From positions 113,088,001 through 113,152,000 of the forward strand of contig NC_043003.1 in the NCBI RefSeq assembly GCF_006345805.1: a DNA stretch of 64,000 nucleotides, in the 5' to 3' direction. The notes under the pieces were generated by a model. That model had not been told where the DNA came from and did not search any database. It saw only the letters and a program-made list of their open reading frames with translations. Source of the stretch: Octopus sinensis. Lineage: Eukaryota. Below are positions 14,463 to 26,521 of the stretch, piece by piece. Made by a program: the position numbers and the translations under genes. The first letter of the stretch is position 1; each line of letters starts with the position of its first letter.

Positions 14463-15780
14463 CATCATCATCATCATCATCATCATTTAGCGTCCGTTTT
14501 CCATGCTAGCATGGGTTGGACGGTTCTACTGGGGTCTGTGAAGCCAGAAGGCTTCATCAGGCCCAGTCAAATCTGGCAGTGTTTCTACGGCTGGATGCCC
14601 TTCCTAACGCCAACCACTCCGTGAGTGTAGTGGGTGCTTTTTACGTGCCACCCGCACTGGTGCCAGACAGAGCTGGCAAACGGCCACGAACGGATGGTGC
14701 TTTTTATGTGCCACCGGCACGAGGGCCAGGCGAGGCTGGCAACGGACACGAAACGGGGCGGTGCTGGCAACGGTCGCGAAACGGAAAGTTCTCTTACATG
14801 CCACCGGCACTGGTAACACATCTGCAATTTCCATTGATCGATTTCCATTGATCGATTTCGATTCTGATCCTCACTTGCCTCAATGGGTCTTCACAAGCAG
14901 AGTTTCGACATGCCACCGGCACAGGTAGCACATCCGCAATTTCCATTGATCGATTTCGATTCTGATCCTCACTTGCCTCAACACGTCTTCACAAGTAGAG
15001 TTTTGTGTCCCAAGAAGGGAAGGTATGCATACGTAGGCTGGCTCCATCCCATGTAGAAGGCCACAGGTTGTGGACTCACTTGTCCTGCCGGGTCTTCTCG
15101 CGCACAGCACACTTCCAGAGGTCTCGGTCTCTAGTCATTTCCTCAGTGAGACCTAAAGTTCGAAGGTCGTGCTTCACCACCTCGTCCCAGGTTTTCCTGG
15201 GTCTGCCTCTTCCACAGGTTCCCTCAACCGCTAGGGTGTGGCACTTTTTCACACAACTATCTTCATCCATTCTCGCCACATGACCATACCAGCGCAAACG
15301 TCTCTCTTGCACACCACAACTGATGCTTCTTAGGTCCAGCTTTTCTCTCAAGGTACTTACACTCTGCCGAGTGTGAGTACCGGCATTACACATCCATCGG
15401 AGCATACTGGCTTCATTTCTAGCGAGCTTACGCATATCCTCAGCAGTCACGGCCCATGTTTCACTGCCATGTAGCATGGCTGTTCGTACACACGCATCAT
15501 ACAGTCTGCCTTTCACTCTGTGCGAGAGGCCTTTTGTCACCAGCAGAGGTAAGAGCTCTCTGAACTTTGCCCAAGCTATTCTTACTCTAGCAGTTACACT
15601 TTCAGCACACCCACCCCCGCTGCTGACTTGGTCACCTAGGTAACGGAAACTATCAACTATTTCTAGTTTTTCTCCCTGGAAAGTGACGAAGTTGGTCTCA
15701 GAGCATTTTCAGTGTTTATTGTTCCTGAGCATCTGCCACATACAAAAACCATCTTCCTAGTTAGCCTTCCTTTGACATTG

Positions 15781-15782
<2 letters not shown>
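14462..15782 (-). mobile_element. RTE-clade LINE 3' fragment with long repetitive 3' UTR and (TGA)n tail
   Basis: Minus strand DSFRYLG, VKGRLYDACVRTAMLHGSETW, RLRWYGHVARM, GRGRPRKTW, stop at 15076; tail read as (tca)n at 14462-14485. Confidence 0.9.
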
Positions 15783-15858
<76 letters not shown>

Positions 15859-15916
15859 AGTGTGCACTTTTCAGTGATGGTAAAATCAACAAAAAGTAGT
15901 CCATCTGCTGAGAGTG

Positions 15917-16026
15917 AATATTATTTAATAAACATATATATTTTATGAACCACTAATAGTTGTTTTCCTCGCATAACACTATTAATAGTTCATAAAATAT
16001 ATATACTGTGCTTATTGAATAATATT
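15917..16026. repeat. AT-rich hairpin/inverted repeat, ~45-bp arms, ~16-nt loop
   Basis: aatattatttaataaaca-tatatattttatgaaccactaatagt versus actattaatagttcataaaatatata..tgcttattgaataatatt. Confidence 0.75.
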
Positions 16027-17182
16027 ACACACACAAATACACACACACACACAAACACACACACACATGCACACACTGATCCATTCAACACGTTAGTATA
16101 GTGTACGAAAATTTTCTTCTATCCGAGAAATATCTGAATTAAAATTCATAAGTCCTCCAGGCTGACTTAGAGATCATTTTAAGTGTATTTCAAATCAGGA
16201 TTTCATTCAACCTTTTTAGGTTTTTACGTAAAAGAATCGCAATGGACGGATAGAATTCCTCTCTGCTGATGTATTTAAAAACAACAACATCATATCACAA
16301 ATGAACCTTCGCTGGAGCTAAGACGCTCGACCTGAGTGAAGTAGTTACTAAATATCCCTAAAATAATACCTTAGCATCTGAAGGGATGCTCGGCAGAATA
16401 TAGTTTCCATAGAATAAACCATTTTATAGTCATGACTAAAACACCTTTCATCTTATGTCAGATCTGAAGACTAAATAATAACAGTAGTACACTCCTCAGC
16501 ACTAGAGGTCAGGACGAATAGTTACTGCTACGAAGATCTCTTTTATCTAATCTCTATAATACAGGCCACTTTCTAAAAAATCCCCAATCACAACCAGTCT
16601 ACAACCATCACCATCGTACACCCCCACCACTGTTCCCCAAAGGTCCCACAAATCCCTGCTATTTTACTATTTTACCATTGTACCACCGACGCTAATACAA
16701 ATAACAGTAATCCTCCATCCAAAATATTTACCACTCGTTCAACAGAACTACTACCACAACCATCACAAGGATTATACTACCACATTTACATAGCGCCCAA
16801 CACAAAGCAATTTAGCCATAAGCGGTTAAACAGGTGCTGCAACTCCCTCTATCTCACACAGTATGATAAAGTCAGATTTAGTAATTATAGCTAAAATATT
16901 CGAGGCGAGCAAATAAGATAAACAAGTAGTTATTGCTCGGGTTATATATGTGAAGGTTTAGCTAGTGGTCAGCTCTGTTAATTTCCCTGGACAATGACGA
17001 AGTAGCTGAAATGATTATTAGAGAAGACCGACGTTTCAGTTTAAATCTACTCACGAAATCCTTCCGATATTCCGGCGCCGATTCTTCGTCACGTTAAAAA
17101 AGGTGCCTCACACATGTGTCAATGCGTTACAAATATACACGTAAGCGCATACATGCAATACGTACGTATGCATATATATATA

Positions 17183-17227
<45 letters not shown>

Positions 17228-17463
17228 ATATATGAATATATATATATACATATATATATATATTTATATATATGAATATATTTATATACATATATATATA
17301 TTTATATATATGAATATATATATACATATATATGTGTATATAATAACAGTAGTACTTTAAACACATGAGAGGTGTCCTTTTACGCTAGAAGGAACAGCTA
17401 AAGTCTAAACAACTATTAGGGATAAAAACTCGAAGAGAATGAAGAAACGTTTACTATCTATTC

Positions 17464-17531
17464 CCTGGACCATGGTTTCTGTCTTTTTTAGCAAGTGAAA
17501 TAATTTGCTAGGCGAAGTCTTCATCAACAGG
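17464..17531 (-). ncRNA. Hammerhead ribozyme-like motif (type I, C3U, decayed stem II base)
   Basis: Minus strand cctg-TTGATGA-agact..tagcaa..ttgcta..agaca-GAAA-ccatgg-TC-cagg; perfect 4-bp stem I and palindromic stem III ACCATGGT. Confidence 0.65.
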
Positions 17532-17639
17532 TATGCCTAGATTAAACATATAAGTACGAGGCAAATCCAGCGTGTGCCTCTTACTTATATATTATTTTTT
17601 TTCAAATTATAATGCCTGTCTTCTATCTTTCAGAAAGTT

Positions 17640-19342
17640 ATGTAACCACTCTACAAGTTTTCCAGCTATGCCGAGATCACGCAGTTTGTTGCATATCCGG
17701 GTGTAGGAGGTTTATCCGGGATTTTTAGAAGGAATTTATCCAAAGAATTCTTGAAGTCTATGGGATCTGTTTCTGCTTTAATTAGTTTTGGTGTAATGTT
17801 AAAGAGAGCGGGGCCAATTGAGGTGAAATAATTGCGCCGTATTGTTGTTATGTGATGTAAGTATGATTTATGTTGTGAGCGGGTAGCACGGGATCTAAGT
17901 CTTGGGTGTATCTTAAAGGCGATGCCAACATCATTTGGGCAATGCTGATGGAATATTGTCCACCTCATGCAGATGATGTAGCCCTCACGGCGACGTTGGA
18001 GAGAATAAAGCTTAAGCTTTTCTAGTCGACCCCAATAATTAAGGCCTGTAATGTCATCTATCTTTTTTGCAATTGACATTTGAGGTGCTTCAGTTTTCAT
18101 GATAATTTGTTTCGTGTAGGGAGACCATAGAGGACAACAGTATTCAAGGTGAAGTCGGGCAAAAGTAGAGAAGAGGAAGATAATGGTGTGGTTTTATCTC
18201 GACTGGAAAGTTCTAAGAATCCAGGAACACATTCTGCCGGTCAAGTCATCTTTGCTGTTATATGAGAGGCCCAGCTTATGTTGTTGTCCAGAATTACTCC
18301 CAAATCTGTGATGTTATTGGATGCCATGAGAGTTTCACCTGGGAGAAGGAAGTATGGGAGTACCAGAATATCCTTTTTTCTGATGTGGATTAATTCAAAT
18401 TTCTCCTCGTTCAGCAGCATATTATTTTTTTCCGTTCATTGGATGACAGGCAGTAGATCTGGCCGAAGGCATGCCAGGTCACCCACTTCATTGATGACCT
18501 TCTGGATCGTGGAATCATCTGTAAAGATTCTAATGTTACTGTGCTTGATGATGTCAGTAATGTCACTGATGTAGATGGTGAAAAGAAGCGGGCCCAACAC
18601 AGTGACTTGTGGAACACCACTACTGACTTTGGCTGGGCTTGACTTTACTCCTTCGACTACAACGTGTTGGGTTCTGCTTGTCCGGAAACACTCGATCTAT
18701 TGTAGTAACTTTCCAGAGACCCCCATTTTGGATAGTTTTTTTCAAGAGGATCTTATGATCCACTCTGTCAAAGACCTTGCTGAAATCAAGGTAGATGACA
18801 ACAGTATTCGAGCCCTCTCCCAAAGCTCTCAAAATGTCATCAAGGTGATGCAGTAGCTGTGTTAGTCAGTTCCTTCCATTACAGAACCCATGTTGTTTGG
18901 AGTTTCAGCAGTGTGTTGCTTTCAAAAACGTGGGTTATCCGTGAACTCACCACCCTTTCAAATACCTCGATGATATGAGAGTTCAGCGAGATCGGCCGGT
19001 AGTTCACTGTAAAGGACTTGTTTCCCTTTTTGAAAACTGGGATGGACAATAGACCGGGACAGAAAGTTTTCAGGAATATAACCAGCATCCAGTGAATTGC
19101 TCCACAGATTAGCAAGAAAAGATGCAAGTTGGTGTTGGCACACCTTTAGGACACAAGCAGAGAACCTATCAGGGCCGACTGCTGAAGTTTATTTTCGTTT
19201 ATTGCCTCTAAGATATCAGGGGCACCAAACGTTATGTCCGATATAGTGTGTTGATGATTAACATTACTGATACAGTCCAGACCGGCCATATCAGGATTGC
19301 TGAAAACAACGCAGTACTGTTTCTGTAGTATCTCGCACATTT
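17640..19342 (-). mobile_element. Decayed CR1-type LINE ORF2 3' half
   Basis: Minus-strand pieces NYRPISLNSHI, IYLDFSKVFDRVDH, GVPQ..VLGP, FTDDS, NYWGRLEKLKLYSLQRRRE, FKNSLDKFLLKIPDKP; many frameshifts. Confidence 0.88.
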
Positions 19343-19622
19343 ATGTTTTAGAACTGATAATACTAACGACAGCAGCTAAGAGTGAGATTTAAATAGCCTT
19401 CATATGTGTGTTGTGCGTATCTCTATTGTGTGTCTGTGCCTTATTCCTGCGTTTGAAGCATGACATATGATGTTGTTGATGTAATTGTGATCCTGTCCTG
19501 AGATATAGATTGTAATGTAAAAATCTAGAATCGGTATATATATACATATATATATATATATGTATGTATGAGTGTGTACGTGCACACACATACGTCCATT
19601 CAAACGCACGCACGCATACACA

Positions 19623-19678
<56 letters not shown>

Positions 19679-20262
19679 ACACACCGACTGACAAAGTAGA
19701 TTAGACGATGGAGACAGAGTGAAGCAGTGGATAAGATAAAGAGTTGGGACACAAGGAAGAAAGTGTTAAGAAGCTGAGAATGAGTTTGGGAACGGGGAGA
19801 AATAGAATCACAGGTGGCTGTATTTTATAAAGAGGGTGGATCTACGCGAGAGAGATAGGCAAAGAAAGTGATAAAAGATGAATTGGGGACAAGGAAAAAA
19901 AAGCAACTAGTCGGAGGTGTGAGTGTTGTTGCGTGTGAAGTAGCATAGCGCAATGGTTGTAAAATACGTGGCCTGTGAGATATTGTCATAAAACTGACGG
20001 AATGGGGCGGACGAATCGTCAAATTGATTGATGTAAGTGCGAGGATACGAGAAACACAAGAGCAGGGAAGAGATGTGGATGGATGTATTAGGCGGGTGGG
20101 GGTGGTAGAAATTGTTTTTGTTATTTCAGAGGATTAGAAGATATTTTAGTTGAAGTTGTGAAATAGAAGGGGAAAAGAAATAAATGAAAATCCGTGTGCA
20201 TAAGTAAAGTAGAGGGATGAAAGAACTAGTGCTAAAGCAATATATATGTGTGTGCGTGTGTC

Positions 20263-20364
20263 GAGGCGCAATGGCCCAGGGGTTAGGCAGTGGACTCGCG
20301 GTCGTAGGATCGCAGTTTCGATTCCCAGACCGGATGTTATGAGTGTTTATTGAGCGAAAACACC
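20263..20364 (+). mobile_element. SINE family A-related head fragment
   Basis: gaggcgcaatggcccaggggttagg...ggactcgcggtcgtaggatcgc...tttattgagcgaaaacacc. Confidence 0.75.
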
Positions 20365-20518
20365 CACTATGATAGGAATTGTTTCTGTTTTTAGATTCCA
20401 CATTCTAGTTACCTCTATTTCCAGGTTTTTGTATTTTGAAAGTTTCTCCATTTCTTTTAGAGACACGTTGTCATCTGCCGGTATTGATACATCAATTAGA
20501 AAGCATTTTTCTTCATGA
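20363..20518 (-). mobile_element. R4/Dong-type LINE RLE fragment (same family as 25721)
   Basis: Minus strand HEEKCFLIDVSIPADDNVSLKEMEKLSKYKNLEIEVTRMWNLKTETIPIIV, nearly identical to the 25726 ORF. Confidence 0.85.
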
Positions 20519-20591
20519 AAGCATTTTTTCTTCAGTTCGCCATGTTAATAATAATAATAATAATTATTATTATTATTATTATTATTAACAT

Positions 20592-21005
20592 GGCGAACTG
20601 GCAGAATCGTAACCGCGACGGACAAAACGTTCTGAGTTCAAATTCCACTGAGGTCGACATTACCTTTCATCCTTTAGGGCTCGATGAAATAAGTACCAGT
20701 TGGACACTGGGGTCAGTGTAATCGACTTACTCCCGACCCCGTAATCGCTGGCCATGTGCCAAGATTTGAAATCACTATTATGATTATTAAGATGGTGAGC
20801 CGGCAGAATCGTTAGCACCTCGAATAAAATGGGTCGCAGTATTTCTTCTGTCTTTAAGTTGTGAGTTCAAATTCCGCTGAGGTCGAATGTACCTATTTTT
20901 CCTTCCAAGGTCAATGAAATAAGTACCAGTTGATCACAGGGGGTCGATGTTTTCGCCCAGGTCCTCCACCAAATTTTCAGGTCTTATTCATATAATAGTA
21001 AGAAT
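20592..21005 (+). mobile_element. Two adjacent monomeric SINE family B copies
   Basis: Heads ggcgaactggcagaatcg (20592) and ggtgagccggcagaatcgttagc (~20794), each followed by gagttcaaattcc..gaggtcga..aaataagtaccag. Confidence 0.8.
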
Positions 21006-21106
21006 TAATTTTATTGTGATTAGTAGGGTAAATGTAGTTGGGCGGCGCCCGACAAAGTGTTCAGCAGTATTTGTTACAGCTCTTCACGTTCTAAATTAAA
21101 AGCGAG

Positions 21107-21159
21107 ATGGTTATATCAGCGATGATTTCAGATTTGATTAATCTTCATCAGTCACCCAT
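21107..21159 (-). ncRNA. Type I hammerhead ribozyme with intact catalytic core
   Basis: Minus strand atgggtga-CTGATGA-agatt-aatca-aatct-GAAA-tca-tcgc-tga-TA-taaccat: 5-bp stem II, 4-bp stem III with tetraloop, stem I with one G.A mismatch and a bulge. Confidence 0.8.
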
Positions 21160-21471
21160 TATTCTGTCACCGGGGGTTAAAAAACTTATCTCACCTTGTC
21201 AGTCTTACAGAGAACTCCACAGGAAACATTGACTGATTCCGAAAATGATGAATCGAGAATTATAAATAATTATTCGCAATTTACTACCGAAAAGCAACCG
21301 GCACAGTCGTCACTAAAGGGACGAAGAGTGTTAGTCAGCACCAGCATTACAAAAATAAAGGGTCAAAAACAACCCTTAACCACGTGAGAGCAATTTTCTA
21401 ATGATTGACAACGGACAATAGCTCTCTACGGCAAATGTGTGTGTGTGTGTGTGTGTGTGTTTCTTCTGTTT

Positions 21472-22460
21472 TCAATCATTTAAATTCTTCCTCTGAAGAA
21501 GGAGCTGGTTTCTAATAAAGATACAAATCCCCATCTGTGGAATGTAGATAACGAAAACAATGTCACATTTTAAACCTGGAAAAGTCTTGCATAGTCTTAA
21601 CGTTCCGCTTATAGATTGTATTTGTAATGTTCGAGTCAGCTGGTTGATTTCTTTTTCTGATAATTCAATCTTATCCAGAGTAACAGTTAAGCATTTACTT
21701 ACCAGACCAAGTGCTCCAAATATTGTTAGTATAAATTTGTAATCCGGATAGAGAAGCTGAATGGTTCGAAGCAGTTGTTCCATGTTGTCTTCTTTCTCTT
21801 CCCCTTTCAAAGAATTAGTCACATCAGCAGGACAGCTGACCTCTCTGGTAGTAGATACGTTTTTTTTGTCTATCCCAAACAATAATATCCAACCTATTAT
21901 GCTTACATTTGAGAGATGTTTTGATGAGATTGTTCCATCGGCATTCCTTGTGCTGATGTTAGTGTATGTATCCAATAACTGGAGAATTATCTGCATTTAT
22001 TCCAGACAGACTTTTTCCCGAATGTGATTGTATATTGTTTATGCGACGTCATTTTGCATAGGGAGGTAGTACCTTGATGACACTTTTGGGCAGCTTCTAA
22101 CCACATGTGTGTTGTCTTCCACAGAAATATGACGGTCTATATTTTCGGTTGTAGGTTACTATTCCGGGGGCATCAGTGATTCTACTGTGGATTAGGTATT
22201 TAGTAGCAATCTCCTGTTCTTGGATTACAAACGCATAGCTTTCGCAGCGTGATGGGATGTAGTGGTTACGAATCCAAAAGAGGCTTTGCTCCATGTCAAT
22301 ATTACTATCTTCAAGTCTTCGGGAAACACACCCACGCATAGTCTTTTTTTAACTATGCTGAGCGTTGCACCGCCAGGTCTTCTTTGTGGTCTGCTAGTCC
22401 GGATGATTTAGAATTGTATGGAAGGTCATCAGGTTGAGAGTACTTTCTGAGGAGCTCACC
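21472..22460 (-). mobile_element. Decayed RLE-type non-LTR retrotransposon 3' region (R4/NeSL-like)
   Basis: Minus strand ESYAFVIQEQEIATKY, Zn-knuckle remnant (HVVRSCPKVSSRYYLP), EVSCPAD..KGEEKED..LYPDYKFILTIFGALG (RLE). Confidence 0.75.
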
Positions 22461-23224
22461 TCCAACACGTAGGATATTGTGTGTATGTATACATACAATG
22501 TTTACGATAGAGTGAGTTTAAGTGTGTGAGTATGTGTGTGTGTGCATGTGTGTCTGTCTGTCTGTACGTTTGTCAGTGGTATATATCAGACACATGTGCA
22601 AACGACATTTGAAAACTGGTCAGGCGGTATCAGTTCGAATGAATTCCGTTGCGTTGAGTGTTCAGTTCAAGTTGCGAAAATGATTCCATATTCTTTCGAC
22701 TGGAGAGACGCTGATTCAGTGATTAGAATTTTGAATACTCGAAAGTAACAATTCTATTGCAGAGAAAGTATGTTATGCCGTAAAATAACCACAGAGTTGG
22801 CCCAAATAACTGTACCGTATCCCCATTCTGAAATCATTATGAAACGCATTACATAAAGCACTCATTTGAAAAAAGATTAAATCCACAAAACGCCTGTCGC
22901 TCATTCTGAAAATAATTTTCAACATTTGATTAGTTCTTCGCTTGGGTTAGTGCCCAGAATATTCGGTTTACGATCGTCAGGTCCTGAGCTCGAGTCCTAG
23001 TGGCCTTTGTGTCCTTGAGCAAACATATATATGTGTGTGTATGTGTGTGTTTGTGTGTGTGTGCATGTGCTTGTATGTACAATTAAATGTAGCTCTAATA
23101 GTGTAAACGACATCGGCCACATATACATAGCATTCGCGTGACCAACAATATATATATATATATATATATACGTTAAATATTTGCTAAATATTGGCTAAAC
23201 TGGCAAAATGGCCATTCCGAATAT

Positions 23225-23285
<61 letters not shown>

Positions 23286-23289
23286 GTTC

Positions 23290-23557
23290 TCTACCGGATC
23301 CGACCATGAGTGTTCCAATGGATGCGATCAACCGAACAATTTACTACTGAAGTAAGTGGTTTAGCGCTCGACAGACACGCGTAACCTTCGCGCAGATCTC
23401 CGGGAGATTCTGCATGTTACAAATCTCGCCCTATTAATTACAGGTAAAACTTATTTCAGTGAGCTGGACCAACAAGAAATAAAGTGTTTGCTCAAGGACA
23501 CAAGGGCCACTAGGAATCGAGCTCAGGATCGTAAGCCGAATATTCTAGGCACTAACC
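23290..23557 (-). mobile_element. Degenerate tRNA-headed SINE related to family E
   Basis: gagctggaccaacaagaaataaagtgtttgctcaaggacacaa...ggaatcgagctc matches the 5' half of the 26130 element; 3' half differs. Confidence 0.6.
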
Positions 23558-23559
23558 CT

Positions 23560-24000
23560 TATTGTCTGTTTCCTGTCCTGTTTCTTTATTTGTACTGTTT
23601 TTTCTTCATTTGTATTGTTTGATTTTCATTTGCATTGCTTTTACTTCCTGTTTTTTGTCACTTGTTTTACTCCTCTGCAAAAGAATTTTATTTAATTCCT
23701 TTTGCAGGAAGGGCTGCTTCGACTGTGTTCTGTCCTTACCTTCGAAACACACTTTGAGTCGAACCAGGGACAGCTGATGAAGGGGAATTTTCCTTGTATT
23801 GTTTGTCCTGTACTCTGTTTTTTCGTTGTTTTAAAAAAAGTCCGTTTCCTTGTTTGAATTTATGTTCTCGTCTCTCGTTGTGTTCTACGTTTATTTGTGG
23901 TGTCCTGTACTCATATATATATATATGTATGCATGTATATATACATTTAGATGTAAGTATGTACATATATGTATGTATATATGCATATATTTTATTTATT
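23560..24000 (+). repeat. Interspersed repeat family F copy 1 (probable Penelope-like terminus; carries hammerhead core segments)
   Basis: Colinear with 57940-58450: T-rich lead, gcaggaagg..gaaacac..gagtcgaac..gacagctgatga, two tgtcctgtactc motifs, TA-rich end. Confidence 0.8.
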
Positions 24001-24023
24001 TATTATATTACTATATATATATA

Positions 24024-24054
<31 letters not shown>

Positions 24055-25289
24055 CATACACAACATACAACTCGTAATATCCCATCTGAGGAGACTAGTG
24101 TTGCATATACAATGCATGGATACGAGTGTGGATAGCGTAACAAATATTCACTTATATTTTTGCTAATTTGTTTGGAAAATCTCCCAGAGAAATCCGACGA
24201 TCTTTCAAGAGGACAATCATATTTTCGTGATACCAAAAGAGATTTTCAGGTGTAAGATTATAAAAAAGAAGCATTAAAAAAACCTCTAAAATGACAACGG
24301 AAACAACCTTGTAGACATTGCTTATATCAGGGCTAGAAGTTTGTTTTCAGTTCTGAAAGAGTAGGTGCCACCCATTTTTCCCCTACATTTTCGAACATAA
24401 TACATGTTTAGATGCTGCATTCTCATTTATGGAACATTCTGTGTAATCGGAGTAAACAGGAAGTTTGTGAAATGATAATGTCTGAACAAGTGCAATGAAC
24501 TAAAAAAAAAAGAGGAAAACAAAAATAAATGAAACAAAAAAAAACCCTGCTAAGTTCGATACGAGCGACAAGCAGAAGTGATTAACACGCGATTATATTT
24601 GCCTTAGTGGAATGTGAAATATCATCATAGGTATTGAAATTATGTTTATATAACGTTGAACAAAAGTAATAAATGTTAATTAACACGGAATAAATTGGTA
24701 ATTTAAACACAGCCAAACCATCACCGCCATACATCAAATGAGCATTATGGCATACATGCACGCACATATACACACGCATGCGCATACAGAAATACGCATA
24801 CAGGAGTCGGTTGCTTTTGTCGATTTTTTTTTTGTTGCCAACTTTGTTATTGTTATTGTTATTGCCGTTGCTGTTCGTGTAAAATCAATATTAATTTTCT
24901 AGTTTAATAACATTGATTAGATTCATCATTCAATATTGACTTTTTTGGTTTCTTTATTGCAGTGAATAACACAAAGGATGGCGATGACGACGGCGACGGA
25001 TGATGGTGATGGCGATGATGATGATGATGAGGATGATGATGGCGGGGAAGAAGGCGACGATGATGATGGTGAGAAGGAGAGAATGGAGATGGGGAAAAGT
25101 TGAGATGATTTTTACATGTCTTATAATAATTGCGATTTGTAACAATTTTTCTTAATGTGTTTTGTGGTTGCTGTTGAAATTGATGATCTTACTTTTATCA
25201 CTTTTCTTTTTTTCATAGACAGAACTCATTTTCTTCCAGCAGGCTATCGAGAAATACCCATTACAAGGAGTTTGTCAGAACGATGTATT

Positions 25290-25413
25290 ACTATGATTAT
25301 AATGATAATAGTAATAACAACTACTACAGTAATAATAATAATACAATAATAATAATAATATATAATAATAATAAATAATAATAATAACAATAATAATGAT
25401 AATAATGATCATG

Positions 25414-25450
<37 letters not shown>

Positions 25451-25496
25451 TAATGATAATAATAATAATAATAATAATGATAATAATAATAATAAT

Positions 25497-25542
<46 letters not shown>

Positions 25543-25594
25543 TAATAATAATAATAATAATAAAAATAATGATAATATAATAATAATAATAATG

Positions 25595-25625
<31 letters not shown>

Positions 25626-25677
25626 TAATAATAATAATAATAATAATAAATAATAATTATAATAATAACAATAATAA

Positions 25678-25720
<43 letters not shown>
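25290..25720. repeat. (TAA)n microsatellite
   Basis: ~430 bp imperfect TAA array; others near 26063, 26478, 49340, 55530 and 56770. Confidence 0.95.
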
Positions 25721-25724
<4 letters not shown>

Positions 25725-26059
25725 CGTGTCTCTAAAAGAAATGGAGAAACTCTCAAAATACAAAGACCTGGAAATAGAGGTAACTAGAATGTGGAATTTA
25801 AAAACAGAAACAATTCCTATCATAGTTGGTGCATTAGGCATGATGAAAAAAAATTCAGACAAATACATAACAAAAACACCAGGACTTACAAACACATATA
25901 ACATACAGAAAATTGCACTACTAGGCACTGCACACATCCTACGTAGAACACTTTCAATACAGTAACCATCAGAGCATCACAACAAATCACAGCACATACC
26001 CAAGGCACACAGAGCTGCGCTCGGTAGTGAAGTGAAAGCACGCTATAAATATAAAACTA

Positions 26060-26062
<3 letters not shown>
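25721..26062 (+). mobile_element. R4/Dong-type LINE 3' end (RLE C-terminus + 3' UTR) inside (TAA)n
   Basis: NVSLKEMEKLSKYKDLEIEVTRMW..IPIIVGALG..IQKIALLGTAHILRRTL-stop, ~95-nt UTR, TAA arrays on both sides. Confidence 0.88.
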
Positions 26063-26108
<46 letters not shown>

Positions 26109-26129
26109 TAATAATAATAATAATAATAA

Positions 26130-26473
26130 TGTTGTGATTTTTGTTGTGACCCCCTTCGGTCATGATACTGACCATGGGCTTGCACCTAGAAAGTTATCCT
26201 CCCAGGCACAAGTCAGGGCAAGGTTGTTTATGGAAGATCAGCAGTCACCCATGCATACCGGCCTCCTCTCTCCACGCCACCAGTGTTATCCAAGGCAAAA
26301 GCCGATACAGCTTGGCACCAGTGACGTCGCAACTCATTTCCACAGCTGAGTGAACTGGAGCAACGTGAAATAAAGTGTCTTGCTCAAGAACACAAAACGC
26401 ATCCCGGTCCGGGATTCAAGCTCACAATCTCACGATCGTAAGCTCGACGCTCTAACCACTGAGCCATGCGCCT
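26130..26473 (-). mobile_element. tRNA-derived SINE, family E
   Basis: Minus strand aggcgcatggctcagtggttagagcg (A box)...ttgaatcccgg (B box)...tcttgagcaagacacttt; short AAC-type tail. Confidence 0.85.
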
Positions 26474-26484
26474 TTACAATAATG

Positions 26485-26521
<37 letters not shown>

